DNA from: Candidatus Woesearchaeota archaeon | Lineage (GTDB): Archaea; Nanobdellota; Nanobdellia; Woesearchaeales; JAGVZT01 | Length of the DNA: 51,237 nt | Reading direction: 5' to 3' | Assembly: GCA_018263355.1 (NCBI GenBank) | Contig: JAANXH010000045.1 | Coordinates: 1-51,237, forward strand | Shown here: positions 17,386 to 26,648 of the stretch, piece by piece | Layout: each line of letters starts with the position of its first letter | Position numbering within the stretch: the first letter of the stretch is position 1 | Translations under genes and position numbers: made by a program | Notes under the pieces: model-generated | The model's database searches: none | Told to the model about the DNA's origin: nothing | The model's input: only the letters and a program-made list of their open reading frames with translations

Positions 17386-19626
17386 ATGGGTAAAAAACCA
17401 AAGATTAACAAGAAACATCTTATTATTGGAATTATAGCAGTAGTTTTGATCGTGGTATTTGTTAATTTAGGTATTAAAATAAATTTTCTGGCTAATGATG
17501 AGCTTCATATTAGGATTGAACCTTTGCAAACAAGTTTTGAGGTTGTTAATAATCAGGATTTTGAACTTAATTTTACTGTACAAAATAATAATTTTTGGTT
17601 TTGCAAAACAGAATGTGAACTAAAATTATATGATCCATATAAAGAAGAGTATATTGATACAGAGAAAATTGAGCTTGATTCAAATAGTAAAGTTGAAAAA
17701 AACTATGTTATAAATCTAAAAGAGACAAAAGAAGGACAAAGAGATTTTTATTTTGAAGTTGTATGCAATAATATTAAAACTCAAGTTTGCCAGACTAAGG
17801 AGAAAAAGATTTACAGGTCGGCATTTGCTAATGTAAATTATGTTCTTGATCCAGATAAAGCCAAGCTTGGCTCAAGTTTAAGACCAGTTTTAAATAAACA
17901 AAGCAGCCAGGTAAATTATGCTCTGAATCTTGCGAAAGAAATTGAACAGTTGAGTGGAAAAAAAACCAATCTAAATAAGTATATTATTAATCTAAATGAA
18001 CAAAAAGAATTATGGGACCAGGGAAGATATGAGGATATTGATGTTGATGAGAGCATAAATAAAACCATAATTGACCTTGAAAATCAAAAAAATGATATCT
18101 TGCAAGACACTGAGTCATATAATTTGATTGTAGAGATTATTAATGGTTTTGAAAAAAACTGGCCTGTTTTAAACAATGCTTATAAGCTTAATAATAAAGA
18201 TGTACAAAATGTTGCTGATACAGTTAATGCAAGGATTTTTGTGTTTAACCAAAGCGATTTTGAGGATTCTAGTGAATTAACTGAGAGTTTTGTTAATCTT
18301 AATATGAGTTTTTTTAATATTTTGCAGGAATACAATTATAGTTTGGTTAGAGATGATTTGATTTCGAGACACTGGAAAGTGCAGTCAAGACTCAATTATG
18401 AGCTTGAGACTAATTACTCTATTAATGGAGATGATTGTCAAAAAATAATGATGCTGGCAGAGAATTATAAGCAAATTAATAGTAATTCTAATGAATCTTT
18501 GAAAGACTATGAAGAGTACATCAATAATAGTGAATTTTTGAGTTTAAAAAAAGAGTTTAAAAAAGCAGTATTACTTAATCTTAGTGTTGAACCTGGTTTT
18601 TTTATTAATAATACTTTTTATAATAATAGCCTGAACTTATCTGCTAGAGATTATTATTCTGTTTTAGAATTTAATGATTCAAGTGTTTTGGAGTTTGAGG
18701 ATATTGCATGCACTAACTCATCTTTGGATATTGATTCTGGTGATTATGAGCTAATTAATGTTAGTAATTATACACAAGAAAGATTAATTGATGTTGATTT
18801 TGAGATTGGTAAGCCTGAGTGCTGTATTTTTGGTGAATGCTTGGAATGCATGAAAGATCCAGAATTGTATCCTGTTATTTTTGTGCATGGCCATTCTCCT
18901 TTTGAGCAGAGCCCTGTTGAAAGCTCTTACAAATCTTTGTCAAAGATGCAGATTAAGATGGGTCATGAAAGTTTTGTTAATATGGGAGATATTGATTTGG
19001 ATACATTAAATCAGGATTGGTATGGTATGAGTTACCCGGTTGCTGTTAAAGGAAGTTACTATTATACGTTTTATTATGATGCTGGTTTTTCTGCTGTTGT
19101 CAAAAAGTCATTGAGTATTGAAAATTATGCAATTAGGTTAAAAGAGATTGTAGAGAATGTTAAGGCAAATACTGGAGCAGAAAAAGTTAATATTATTGCG
19201 CACTCAATGGGTGGTTTAGTTGCACGTGAATACATATTATTGTTTGAAGAAGATGATATTGATAAGCTGATTGTTATTGGAACTCCTAACCAAGGTATTT
19301 CAGGAAGAGCAAAAAAGTTTTGTTCAACTATTGGGAATGATAAAGAGTGTGAGGATATGCACAAGAACAGTGTTTTTATGAAACGATTAAACAATTATGT
19401 TCCAGATATTGAAGTGTATACTATTTATGGAACTGGCTGTGATACTGATGGACAAGATGGAGATGGTTTAATAGCAGCAGAGGATGTTAAATTGGAATAT
19501 GCAGAAAACATTATGGTCAATGGTACTTGTGAAGATGTTTTAGGGGTTAGTTTACACAGAGACATGGTTGATCCTGAGAAATATCCTGTGGTATATGAGA
19601 TTGTTACTGAGATAATCGATAGTTGA
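17386..19626 (+). CDS. Membrane-anchored alpha/beta hydrolase (PGAP1/lipase-like C-terminal domain)
   Basis: N-terminal TM; VIFVHG, AHSMGG, GTPNQG and DG...H motifs; many N-x-S/T sequons. Confidence 0.85.
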   Translation: MGKKPKINKKHLIIGIIAVVLIVVFVNLGIKINFLANDELHIRIEPLQTSFEVVNNQDFELNFTVQNNNFWFCKTECELKLYDPYKEEYIDTEKIELDSNSKVEKNYVINLKETKEGQRDFYFEVVCNNIKTQVCQTKEKKIYRSAFANVNYVLDPDKAKLGSSLRPVLNKQSSQVNYALNLAKEIEQLSGKKTNLNKYIINLNEQKELWDQGRYEDIDVDESINKTIIDLENQKNDILQDTESYNLIVEIINGFEKNWPVLNNAYKLNNKDVQNVADTVNARIFVFNQSDFEDSSELTESFVNLNMSFFNILQEYNYSLVRDDLISRHWKVQSRLNYELETNYSINGDDCQKIMMLAENYKQINSNSNESLKDYEEYINNSEFLSLKKEFKKAVLLNLSVEPGFFINNTFYNNSLNLSARDYYSVLEFNDSSVLEFEDIACTNSSLDIDSGDYELINVSNYTQERLIDVDFEIGKPECCIFGECLECMKDPELYPVIFVHGHSPFEQSPVESSYKSLSKMQIKMGHESFVNMGDIDLDTLNQDWYGMSYPVAVKGSYYYTFYYDAGFSAVVKKSLSIENYAIRLKEIVENVKANTGAEKVNIIAHSMGGLVAREYILLFEEDDIDKLIVIGTPNQGISGRAKKFCSTIGNDKECEDMHKNSVFMKRLNNYVPDIEVYTIYGTGCDTDGQDGDGLIAAEDVKLEYAENIMVNGTCEDVLGVSLHRDMVDPEKYPVVYEIVTEIIDS

Positions 19627-19638
19627 ATTGTAACACAT

Positions 19639-20472
19639 TCAATTGCTTTGATCCACATATCCGATACACTTATTCTTCAAATCGCAATTACCACATTTTT
19701 CAATATCTTCGGGTAATGTTAAAATTATTCCAACATGATTTCTTTCATAAGAAAATAGGTCTTGACTGCTTGGATCAACACAGATAGGCAATTTCTCATA
19801 CCAATAATGTGTTTTACTGTTTTCAAGCAGAGGTTTTGTTTCTAAAATAAATGATTTCACATCACTAAACTTAGGTATTAAGGATGGTTTGTTATTCATT
19901 CTTCCTTGTTTAATCAGCCCAGATATGTTTATTCCATAAACCCCCTGCTCAACCAATAGCTCACATGTTCTTTTTAAATCCTGGACATTTAATCTAGTCA
20001 GAACAATTGTTGTTACGACTTTAATTCCCTCTTCAACCAAATTTTCAATCCCCCTTAGGGTCTGCCTATGGCTTCCTTTCACAGAAGTTATCTTATCATG
20101 GATTTCTGCATTATAGCTAAACAAAGAGGTAACCACAGAACCCTTTATTTTTTTTATTAATTCAGTATATTTTTTGTAGTAAAAAATTCTTGCATTCGTG
20201 AAGAGCTGATATCGTATGTTTTTTGATACAATATACCTGATAATTTTATCTAAATCTTTGCGCAGAAATGGTTCTCCACCATAAAGAGATATAGTTTTAA
20301 TTCCATTTTTGCACATCTCATCAATTTCTTTTTTTATCTCCCTAAATTCCTTTTTTAGTGGGACTTGGTCTACTTTATCCTGACAAATAATACAATTATT
20401 ATTGCACTGATTTGTTATAAATAAAACATTGTTTGGTAAATCTTTTTCTTTAAAAGATTTGATAGATTCCAT
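19639..20472 (-). CDS. Radical SAM protein (peptide-modifying/SPASM-like)
   Basis: CNNNCIIC, GGEP, TNAR, HDKIT.V.GS and C-terminal C..C....C.G. Confidence 0.85.
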   Translation of the reverse strand: MESIKSFKEKDLPNNVLFITNQCNNNCIICQDKVDQVPLKKEFREIKKEIDEMCKNGIKTISLYGGEPFLRKDLDKIIRYIVSKNIRYQLFTNARIFYYKKYTELIKKIKGSVVTSLFSYNAEIHDKITSVKGSHRQTLRGIENLVEEGIKVVTTIVLTRLNVQDLKRTCELLVEQGVYGINISGLIKQGRMNNKPSLIPKFSDVKSFILETKPLLENSKTHYWYEKLPICVDPSSQDLFSYERNHVGIILTLPEDIEKCGNCDLKNKCIGYVDQSN

Positions 20473-20582
20473 CTGATTTTTTTAAAATAAGTTTAAGTTT
20501 AAAAATTTATCTACTTGCTTAGTTAATACACATATAGAATATACTACTTGATTAAATCCAAGGCTATTTATTTTGTAATTTG

Positions 20583-20657
20583 ATTTTGTTCAGAAATATA
20601 ATCGACCAGGATATTCATCCTAAGGTTTATGAAGAAATAGTTAGAATTCTGGATTAA
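20583..20657 (+). pseudogene. Orphan 3' gene fragment homologous to the C-terminus of the upstream hydrolase
   Basis: FRNIIDQDIHPKVYEEIVRILD* aligns without gaps to HRDMVDPEKYPVVYEIVTEIIDS*. Confidence 0.55.
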
Positions 20658-20957
20658 CTTGTGTAAGCAGGCTCTCTGGTTGTACCATGGTTTTTGCTAT
20701 ATGATCTGGCAATAAATCTTCTTGCCCTCTGTATTTCATTTTTACACCATCTGGAATTTCTCTTGCATAGCAAGGGATTCCTGCTTGTGTTCTTCATCCT
20801 TGTATCTGATTGTAATAGCCGCATACCTTTTTCTCTCTGACCGGATCTGATTTACTAAAACTGCTGGTTTGTTTGAACCAGGATTTAAGGAAGTCATTCC
20901 CACAATATTTGTAAATCCTCCAATAGACATATCTGAAAAAAGTACTCCAATTTTCAT
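20641..20957 (-). pseudogene. Probably frameshifted hypothetical gene
   Basis: 71-aa ORF (20742-20957) continued in another frame by EIPDGVKMKYRGQ...NPEF*. Confidence 0.35.
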
Positions 20958-21102
20958 TTTTTATAGATTGGTATACTAATTTCTATAAATATTTACGAAA
21001 ATACAATATAATTTGCCTTTTTGTATATCTATATATCTTTAACTATACCGTAAGTGAACTAAAACTTAAAGTAGTATACTCAACCGTATATTATTATATA
21101 TT

Positions 21103-23640
21103 TTACTTACTATTAAACAACTTCTTTGTGAGCTTTAGTTGTTTTTCTAGAATCTTATGTTTGTTGTTTTTTGGATTGTATAATGAAACTCTGGTTTTTA
21201 TTTTTTCTACTAGTTTGTGGATTTCTATCTTAAGACCCATTTTTTTCAGCAGGATAATTGTTTTTTTCTGGCTTTCTCTAAGTGGCTCATAATCTAGTTT
21301 GCATTCTACAAATTTGAATTTATTTCGATAGCAGATAAAGTCTGGCATTCCATGATGCACATCACAGATGTATTTTAGATGCTCGAGTTTTTCTGGATGA
21401 TGTTTTTTTAGTAGTCTTATCAATTTAGAATATTTTTTTTGTACATTTGGGTAATTGTCTTTTCTTAATATATTTATCAAAGAGCCTTTCCATACTTCCC
21501 AGCCTTGTTTTTCTAATCTTTTTTTGATTAATTTTTCAGACAGGCCTCTTTTTTCAGCATAGGTTTTTTTGATGGGTATATAGATGCATTTGACAAAATC
21601 TTTTATTGTGGTTTGTTTTTCTTTTTCTATTAATCCTTTTATGTCTTGTTTTGTATAACCAAATTGCTGGAGCAGTACATATAAAGATTTGACAAGAAGT
21701 TTTTTGTAATAAGCTATATCTGGATTTTTATTGTAATCTTCTGGAAGAACTACTCCCTGCTCTGTGATTATGTAATGGATGTGCTGGCCAGGTTTTACAA
21801 TAATACCTTTTTTTCTCAAAGATTTTATTGCATATTTTTGAGGTATGTTGTTTTTGTAATCTGTTTTACTTATTGTGATTGAGCATGCCATCAGTGCTGC
21901 ATCATATTTATCAAGATTTTCAATTGTTTTTTTCAGCAGATTTATCAGCACAGAAATTTTTGTTTTTATTTGGTCTTCTGCAGTGCATTCTCCCATTATT
22001 TTGAGTGCAGATTTCTGAAATTTTTTTACTATTTCTGGAGTATTTCTTTTTCTAAGTTCTATACCTCTTGCTTTTATTTCTCTGTTTCTAAAAACTCCAA
22101 AGTATGTTGAGGGCAATGGTCTATAAGGATCGTTTACTGATGCTAAAAAAACAACCCAGTTAAAGATTCCTTTAAACCCTACTGGGATTCCGGTCATTGT
22201 TTGAAGTTCTTTGCAAAATTCTCTTACTTCTTTTTCTTTGATATTTTTTTTCTTGATGAATAATGAGTCAACTATCCCATGCACTACTTCAAAACCGTAT
22301 TCTTCTGCCAATTTTGCAGATTTTAGTAATGTTTCCCTAGCATAGGCACATATTGCCATATGTGAGCTTGGCAATCCTAATTTAAATTCCCTGAATCTTA
22401 AGTAGCCATAGCTTGTTACTAAGACCCACTTTAATCCTCTAGCTTTTGCTTTGTTTATAGATGAAGGTATTTTTTTGTATTGCATTCTCTTATCTAATAA
22501 GGGTTTTATTGCTCTGGGCACTAAACCTTTGAATCTTAATGAGGCTTTTATTGGTAAGTCAGGTACTTTATCAAAAGGTCCTTTTTCTGACAATAGTGTT
22601 TCAGCACTTATGTTATGATTGTAGATTAACCAAGGAAACATGCTTGAGAAGTCAACTTCTGCAACATTTTTGTGAAATCCTATTTTTGGGTCAAATGTGT
22701 GCGCCCCTCTATCTGCTTTTAATAGATGGAACATATTAATTGGTTTATCTATTGGTTTTTCTTTATAAGGTACAAGATAATTATCATTTATCATCTCTTT
22801 TATTAATGCGGACTGGAATGCAGCTCCAAAACTTCTGGATGCAACTGTCTGAAATCTTGTTCCTGTCATCCTGCTGAGTTCAGCTATTGCCTCTGTGCTG
22901 CATATATTACCCACCATTGTGGAATTGTCTATCAGGAATCTGCCATTTAGTTTTATTGAGTAATTCTGGTAGCGCACATTTCCATAAGAGTAAAATGATT
23001 TTCCGCCTTTGTATTTTATGGGATATGAGTCCCAACGGTGGAAACTAAAACTGAGGTTATTCTTCCTAAGTTTTTCTGCTAGCAAAGGAAGTCTTGCATA
23101 AGCATAGTCCATCCTGATCACATCTGGATCTAGTTTTTGGAATTTTTCTACAAATTCTTCAACACTTACTGTCTTATTATTGAATTTGATTTTGTTGTTT
23201 TCTAAATTAAGATCAAGTTTTGTTAGAGGAATTGTGTATTCCTGCTTGATAGGTTTTACTTTGTTATCCTTTAGAATTATTTGCGAGCATGGCTTTAATT
23301 TATTTTCATACAAAAACATCTGCTCAGGTTTTATGTCTGCATTATATAATGGGATTCTGTACAGGGTTATTTTTTCAAGATATCTTACAAGATTTTCAAA
23401 ATTACTAAGATTAAAAACTGGAACTGCAAGAACTTTTTTTGTTTTAAACGGAGTTTTTCTTGTAGGTTTTAGGAATTGAATATTGTGTTTTTTTAAGATT
23501 TGTTCTGCTTTTTTATCAATGTAGACAAACATACGGCAGGTTTTTTCAAGCTTGATATTTTGTTTTCCCTTTATCCATAATACAATAGAGTTCTTGTTCC
23601 TGTACGTATCGATTAACCAGGCTTTCATATTGTTTTTCAA
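21103..23640 (-). CDS. polB2: Family B DNA polymerase, PolB2 type, with a C-terminal VRR-NUC-like PD-(D/E)xK domain
   Basis: DFSSMFP (A), KWVLVTSYGY (B), HGIVDSLF (degenerate C) and KARGIE; C-terminal GMPDF...FVECK...L...Q. Confidence 0.85.
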   Translation of the reverse strand: MKNNMKAWLIDTYRNKNSIVLWIKGKQNIKLEKTCRMFVYIDKKAEQILKKHNIQFLKPTRKTPFKTKKVLAVPVFNLSNFENLVRYLEKITLYRIPLYNADIKPEQMFLYENKLKPCSQIILKDNKVKPIKQEYTIPLTKLDLNLENNKIKFNNKTVSVEEFVEKFQKLDPDVIRMDYAYARLPLLAEKLRKNNLSFSFHRWDSYPIKYKGGKSFYSYGNVRYQNYSIKLNGRFLIDNSTMVGNICSTEAIAELSRMTGTRFQTVASRSFGAAFQSALIKEMINDNYLVPYKEKPIDKPINMFHLLKADRGAHTFDPKIGFHKNVAEVDFSSMFPWLIYNHNISAETLLSEKGPFDKVPDLPIKASLRFKGLVPRAIKPLLDKRMQYKKIPSSINKAKARGLKWVLVTSYGYLRFREFKLGLPSSHMAICAYARETLLKSAKLAEEYGFEVVHGIVDSLFIKKKNIKEKEVREFCKELQTMTGIPVGFKGIFNWVVFLASVNDPYRPLPSTYFGVFRNREIKARGIELRKRNTPEIVKKFQKSALKIMGECTAEDQIKTKISVLINLLKKTIENLDKYDAALMACSITISKTDYKNNIPQKYAIKSLRKKGIIVKPGQHIHYIITEQGVVLPEDYNKNPDIAYYKKLLVKSLYVLLQQFGYTKQDIKGLIEKEKQTTIKDFVKCIYIPIKKTYAEKRGLSEKLIKKRLEKQGWEVWKGSLINILRKDNYPNVQKKYSKLIRLLKKHHPEKLEHLKYICDVHHGMPDFICYRNKFKFVECKLDYEPLRESQKKTIILLKKMGLKIEIHKLVEKIKTRVSLYNPKNNKHKILEKQLKLTKKLFNSK

Positions 23641-23863
23641 ATTCTTTTATTTTCTTTTCCTGCTCAAGAATTATTGATAGTAAAACAAATGCCCAGACAT
23701 GGATGCTGCTGGCATAGCTTATATTACTGATATGTTTCAGAGGCTGTTTTAGCAATTTTTGGTAAATTTCTGCATCTTCTTGCCTCATTGATTTTCCGTA
23801 TTTTTCTAACTCTTTTAATATCTTATCCAATACTATTCTTTGGCTCCATACTGTGTGTCCCAT
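23546..23863 (-). CDS. PolB2-associated small helical protein
   Basis: MGHTVWS N-terminus and position directly upstream of polB2, as in archaeal PolB2 cassettes. Confidence 0.75.
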   Translation of the reverse strand: MGHTVWSQRIVLDKILKELEKYGKSMRQEDAEIYQKLLKQPLKHISNISYASSIHVWAFVLLSIILEQEKKIKEFEKQYESLVNRYVQEQELYCIMDKGKTKYQA

Positions 23864-24288
23864 TATACTTCTACAATTTTACAATATTGTTGTGCAAGAT
23901 CTTCATGTATAGTATTTTCCTGGATTCCAACTAAGATATTATGTGTTTTTGAAAGATTTGATATAAGTTCCCAGGAGTGTTTAAAGATCTCTTTGTTTTC
24001 CTCTTCATTATCATAATCAAATAACCTTGTGAATGTTGTTATGATTATATTTGTAGCACCTATACTTTTTGATATGCTCTTTAGATTTTTCAGGGTATCT
24101 CTTAGTTTATAGATTAGATCTATGTTTATCACATATATTTTATCAAAGTCCTCCTCAAAAGAAAGGAGCAGATGCGGGTTTGCATAGTTTGCACAGTCTA
24201 GAATCAGTGAAGGAAGGTGCTCTGAAGCATGAGCTAGCAAAGCTGTATTTACTGCCTCGCATCTGCCCTTGTATACTGAAAGTGTCAT
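23863..24288 (-). CDS. Inactivated RecA/RadA-fold protein of the PolB2 cassette
   Basis: LILDCANYANP motif, no Walker A; first gene of the coupled three-gene operon. Confidence 0.65.
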   Translation of the reverse strand: MTLSVYKGRCEAVNTALLAHASEHLPSLILDCANYANPHLLLSFEEDFDKIYVINIDLIYKLRDTLKNLKSISKSIGATNIIITTFTRLFDYDNEEENKEIFKHSWELISNLSKTHNILVGIQENTIHEDLAQQYCKIVEV

Positions 24289-24502
24289 AAATAAGGAAAG
24301 GGTTTATGGTTTAAAATAGCTTACGCACAAATGTCCAGTGAGAAAATGAATTCTCCAGATTCTCGACAATTTTCCAATAGATTTAAATATCAAATCCAAT
24401 TACCTTTTTACATGATAACAGATTTACATAACAAGTTTGATTTTACTAGTTATTTCTATATGTGATTTTGTTTCTCATTGTTTATTAGCCTTTTTTAAAA
24501 AA

Positions 24503-25567
24503 ATGTTTGATAAAAAGATAAGAGTTGGGATCCGGGGTATATCAGGACTCCTCGGAAATAGACTAGCTTTAGCTATACAAAAGCAAAAAGATATTGAAAT
24601 CACCGTAGGAATTGGTAAAAATGACAATAGTCTCCAAAGAATTATTAGTGGTCACTGGACAAGGAATCAATTACCTGAAAAGCTTTTTCTTGATGAACCT
24701 CACAAGATTGTAAGACAAGTAAATAGATCTCAGTCAAAAGTAGAATTTGTACCTGTAGATCAAGCCAATCTTAAGAACTTATGTGATATTATTGTTGATG
24801 CAACCCCTCCTGGCTGCAGAGGAGATAAATGGGATAGGATATACCGTAACTTTGGAAAACCTGTTATTTTACAGTCAGGAGAATACCCTGATGGGGTTTT
24901 AATTGCTCCCCCTATTGTTCCTGAAACAACAAACTTATACAGGCAGGGAGATTGTATCTTGTCCGGAATTGCTCCATTGATAGATCCATTCAGAGAAATC
25001 TTAAAGGGAGTTAGGGTAAATATTCTGATGCAGTATGGGCAGTATTTGAATGATTATCCTACTAGCCAGAGGGTTAATTCAACTTATTTGAATATAGAAC
25101 TTGCCAACCAGATTGAAGATGAACTTGGCGTACTGCTACCTGGTAAACACGTTGTGATGGAACAGCTTTTGCAAGTGCCAGCATTAAATTATTACACAAT
25201 CACATTACACCTTGAAACTGAAAAGCCAATATCAGAAAAAAAAGCAGCTCATGTACTTGAGTTAAGACCAAGAATAATGAGGTGCGAATTCACTTCAACT
25301 TATGAGATAGATCATTTTGTTAGAGAAGAAGCTAATGCCTTTGGTATGGAAGTTCCGCCAATTGTAGTGTACGATTTTCATAATTCAGAAAGAAAAATTA
25401 AAGATATTAAAGTTACAGCAGCAATATATTCCCGGCTTATTGCCATACTCCCAAATATTGATACAATAAGGATTATTAGCCAGAATATGCATCCTCTTGA
25501 ATCTATGGCCCTCACTGATAAATATGCTGGTTTTGGCGAAAGATTTAATAAAAACAAATCAGAATAA
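24503..25567 (+). CDS. Divergent archaeal GAPDH-like NAD(P)-binding oxidoreductase
   Basis: KIRVGIRG..G.LG.RLA.AI.KQ.D, DIIVDATP, LQSGE and PNID.IR; the SCNTT motif is replaced by GDCIL. Confidence 0.7.
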   Translation: MFDKKIRVGIRGISGLLGNRLALAIQKQKDIEITVGIGKNDNSLQRIISGHWTRNQLPEKLFLDEPHKIVRQVNRSQSKVEFVPVDQANLKNLCDIIVDATPPGCRGDKWDRIYRNFGKPVILQSGEYPDGVLIAPPIVPETTNLYRQGDCILSGIAPLIDPFREILKGVRVNILMQYGQYLNDYPTSQRVNSTYLNIELANQIEDELGVLLPGKHVVMEQLLQVPALNYYTITLHLETEKPISEKKAAHVLELRPRIMRCEFTSTYEIDHFVREEANAFGMEVPPIVVYDFHNSERKIKDIKVTAAIYSRLIAILPNIDTIRIISQNMHPLESMALTDKYAGFGERFNKNKSE

Positions 25568-25576
25568 AAATATAAA

Positions 25577-26647
25577 ATGGAAATTTCAAAAAGATTAAAA
25601 CTCATTAAACAAGTTGGAGAGGAGATTACCACAGATGAAGATCTAAAAAAATTGCTGCAAGAAAAGGAAAATTTTGTTGCATATGATGGTTTTGAGCCTT
25701 CTGGGCGTATTCATATTGCTCAAGGTATTTTGAGAGCTATTAATGTTAATAAGATGATTAAAGCTGGAGCTAAGTTCAAGATGTTTGTTGCTGACTGGCA
25801 TGGCTGGGCAAACAATAAAATGGGTGGTGATCTGGAAAAGATTCAAAAGGTTGGCAAGTATTTTATTGAAGTCTGGAAAGCGTGTGGTATGGACCTAGAT
25901 AATGTGGATTTTGTCTGGGCTAATAATATGATTGTTGATCGAGAGTATTGGAAGATTGTGATGGGAGTTGCAAGAAATTCAACTGTTAATAGGATAATTC
26001 GATGTGGCCAAATTATGGGCAGAGATGATGTTAAGCAGGCTTCTCAAATCCTATATCCTTGTATGCAAGCGGCAGATATTTTTTATCTTAAAGCAGATAT
26101 TTGTCAGCTTGGGATGGATCAAAGAAAAGTGAACATGCTTGCAAGAGAAGTTGGTCCAAAAATTGGTTTTTATAAGCCTGTGGTTGTTAGCCATCATATG
26201 CTGATGGGATTGAAAAAACCCACTAGCAATGAATCTGACGTGGTTGAGAGAACTATTAAATTAAAGATGTCTAAATCTGATCCAAGTTCTGCTATTTTTA
26301 TGGATGATAGCAAGGACGAGGTTTATGAAAAGATGAAGAATGCTTGGTGTCCAGAAAAGCAGGCAAAAGAAAACCCAGTACTAGAGTATTGTAAATATAT
26401 TGTTTTTGAGAGGTTTGATAATTTCAAGATTAAAAGGCCTGATAAGTTTGGAGGTAATGTTGAATTTGCATCTTATGATGAGCTAAAGCAGGCTTATGTT
26501 GAAGGAAATATTCATCCTCTTGACCTTAAGAAATCAACTGCTTTCTACATTAATGAACTTTTGAAACCTGTAAGAAAGCATTTTGAGAATAATAAAAAAG
26601 CAAAAGAATTAGCTGAGTTTGTTAAAAAACAAAAAATTACAAGGTAA
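25577..26647 (+). CDS. tyrS: Tyrosyl-tRNA synthetase (archaeal type)
   Basis: YDGFEPSGRIHIAQ, YPCMQAAD, GMDQRK and KMSKS. Confidence 0.97.
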   Translation: MEISKRLKLIKQVGEEITTDEDLKKLLQEKENFVAYDGFEPSGRIHIAQGILRAINVNKMIKAGAKFKMFVADWHGWANNKMGGDLEKIQKVGKYFIEVWKACGMDLDNVDFVWANNMIVDREYWKIVMGVARNSTVNRIIRCGQIMGRDDVKQASQILYPCMQAADIFYLKADICQLGMDQRKVNMLAREVGPKIGFYKPVVVSHHMLMGLKKPTSNESDVVERTIKLKMSKSDPSSAIFMDDSKDEVYEKMKNAWCPEKQAKENPVLEYCKYIVFERFDNFKIKRPDKFGGNVEFASYDELKQAYVEGNIHPLDLKKSTAFYINELLKPVRKHFENNKKAKELAEFVKKQKITR

Positions 26648-26648
26648 A

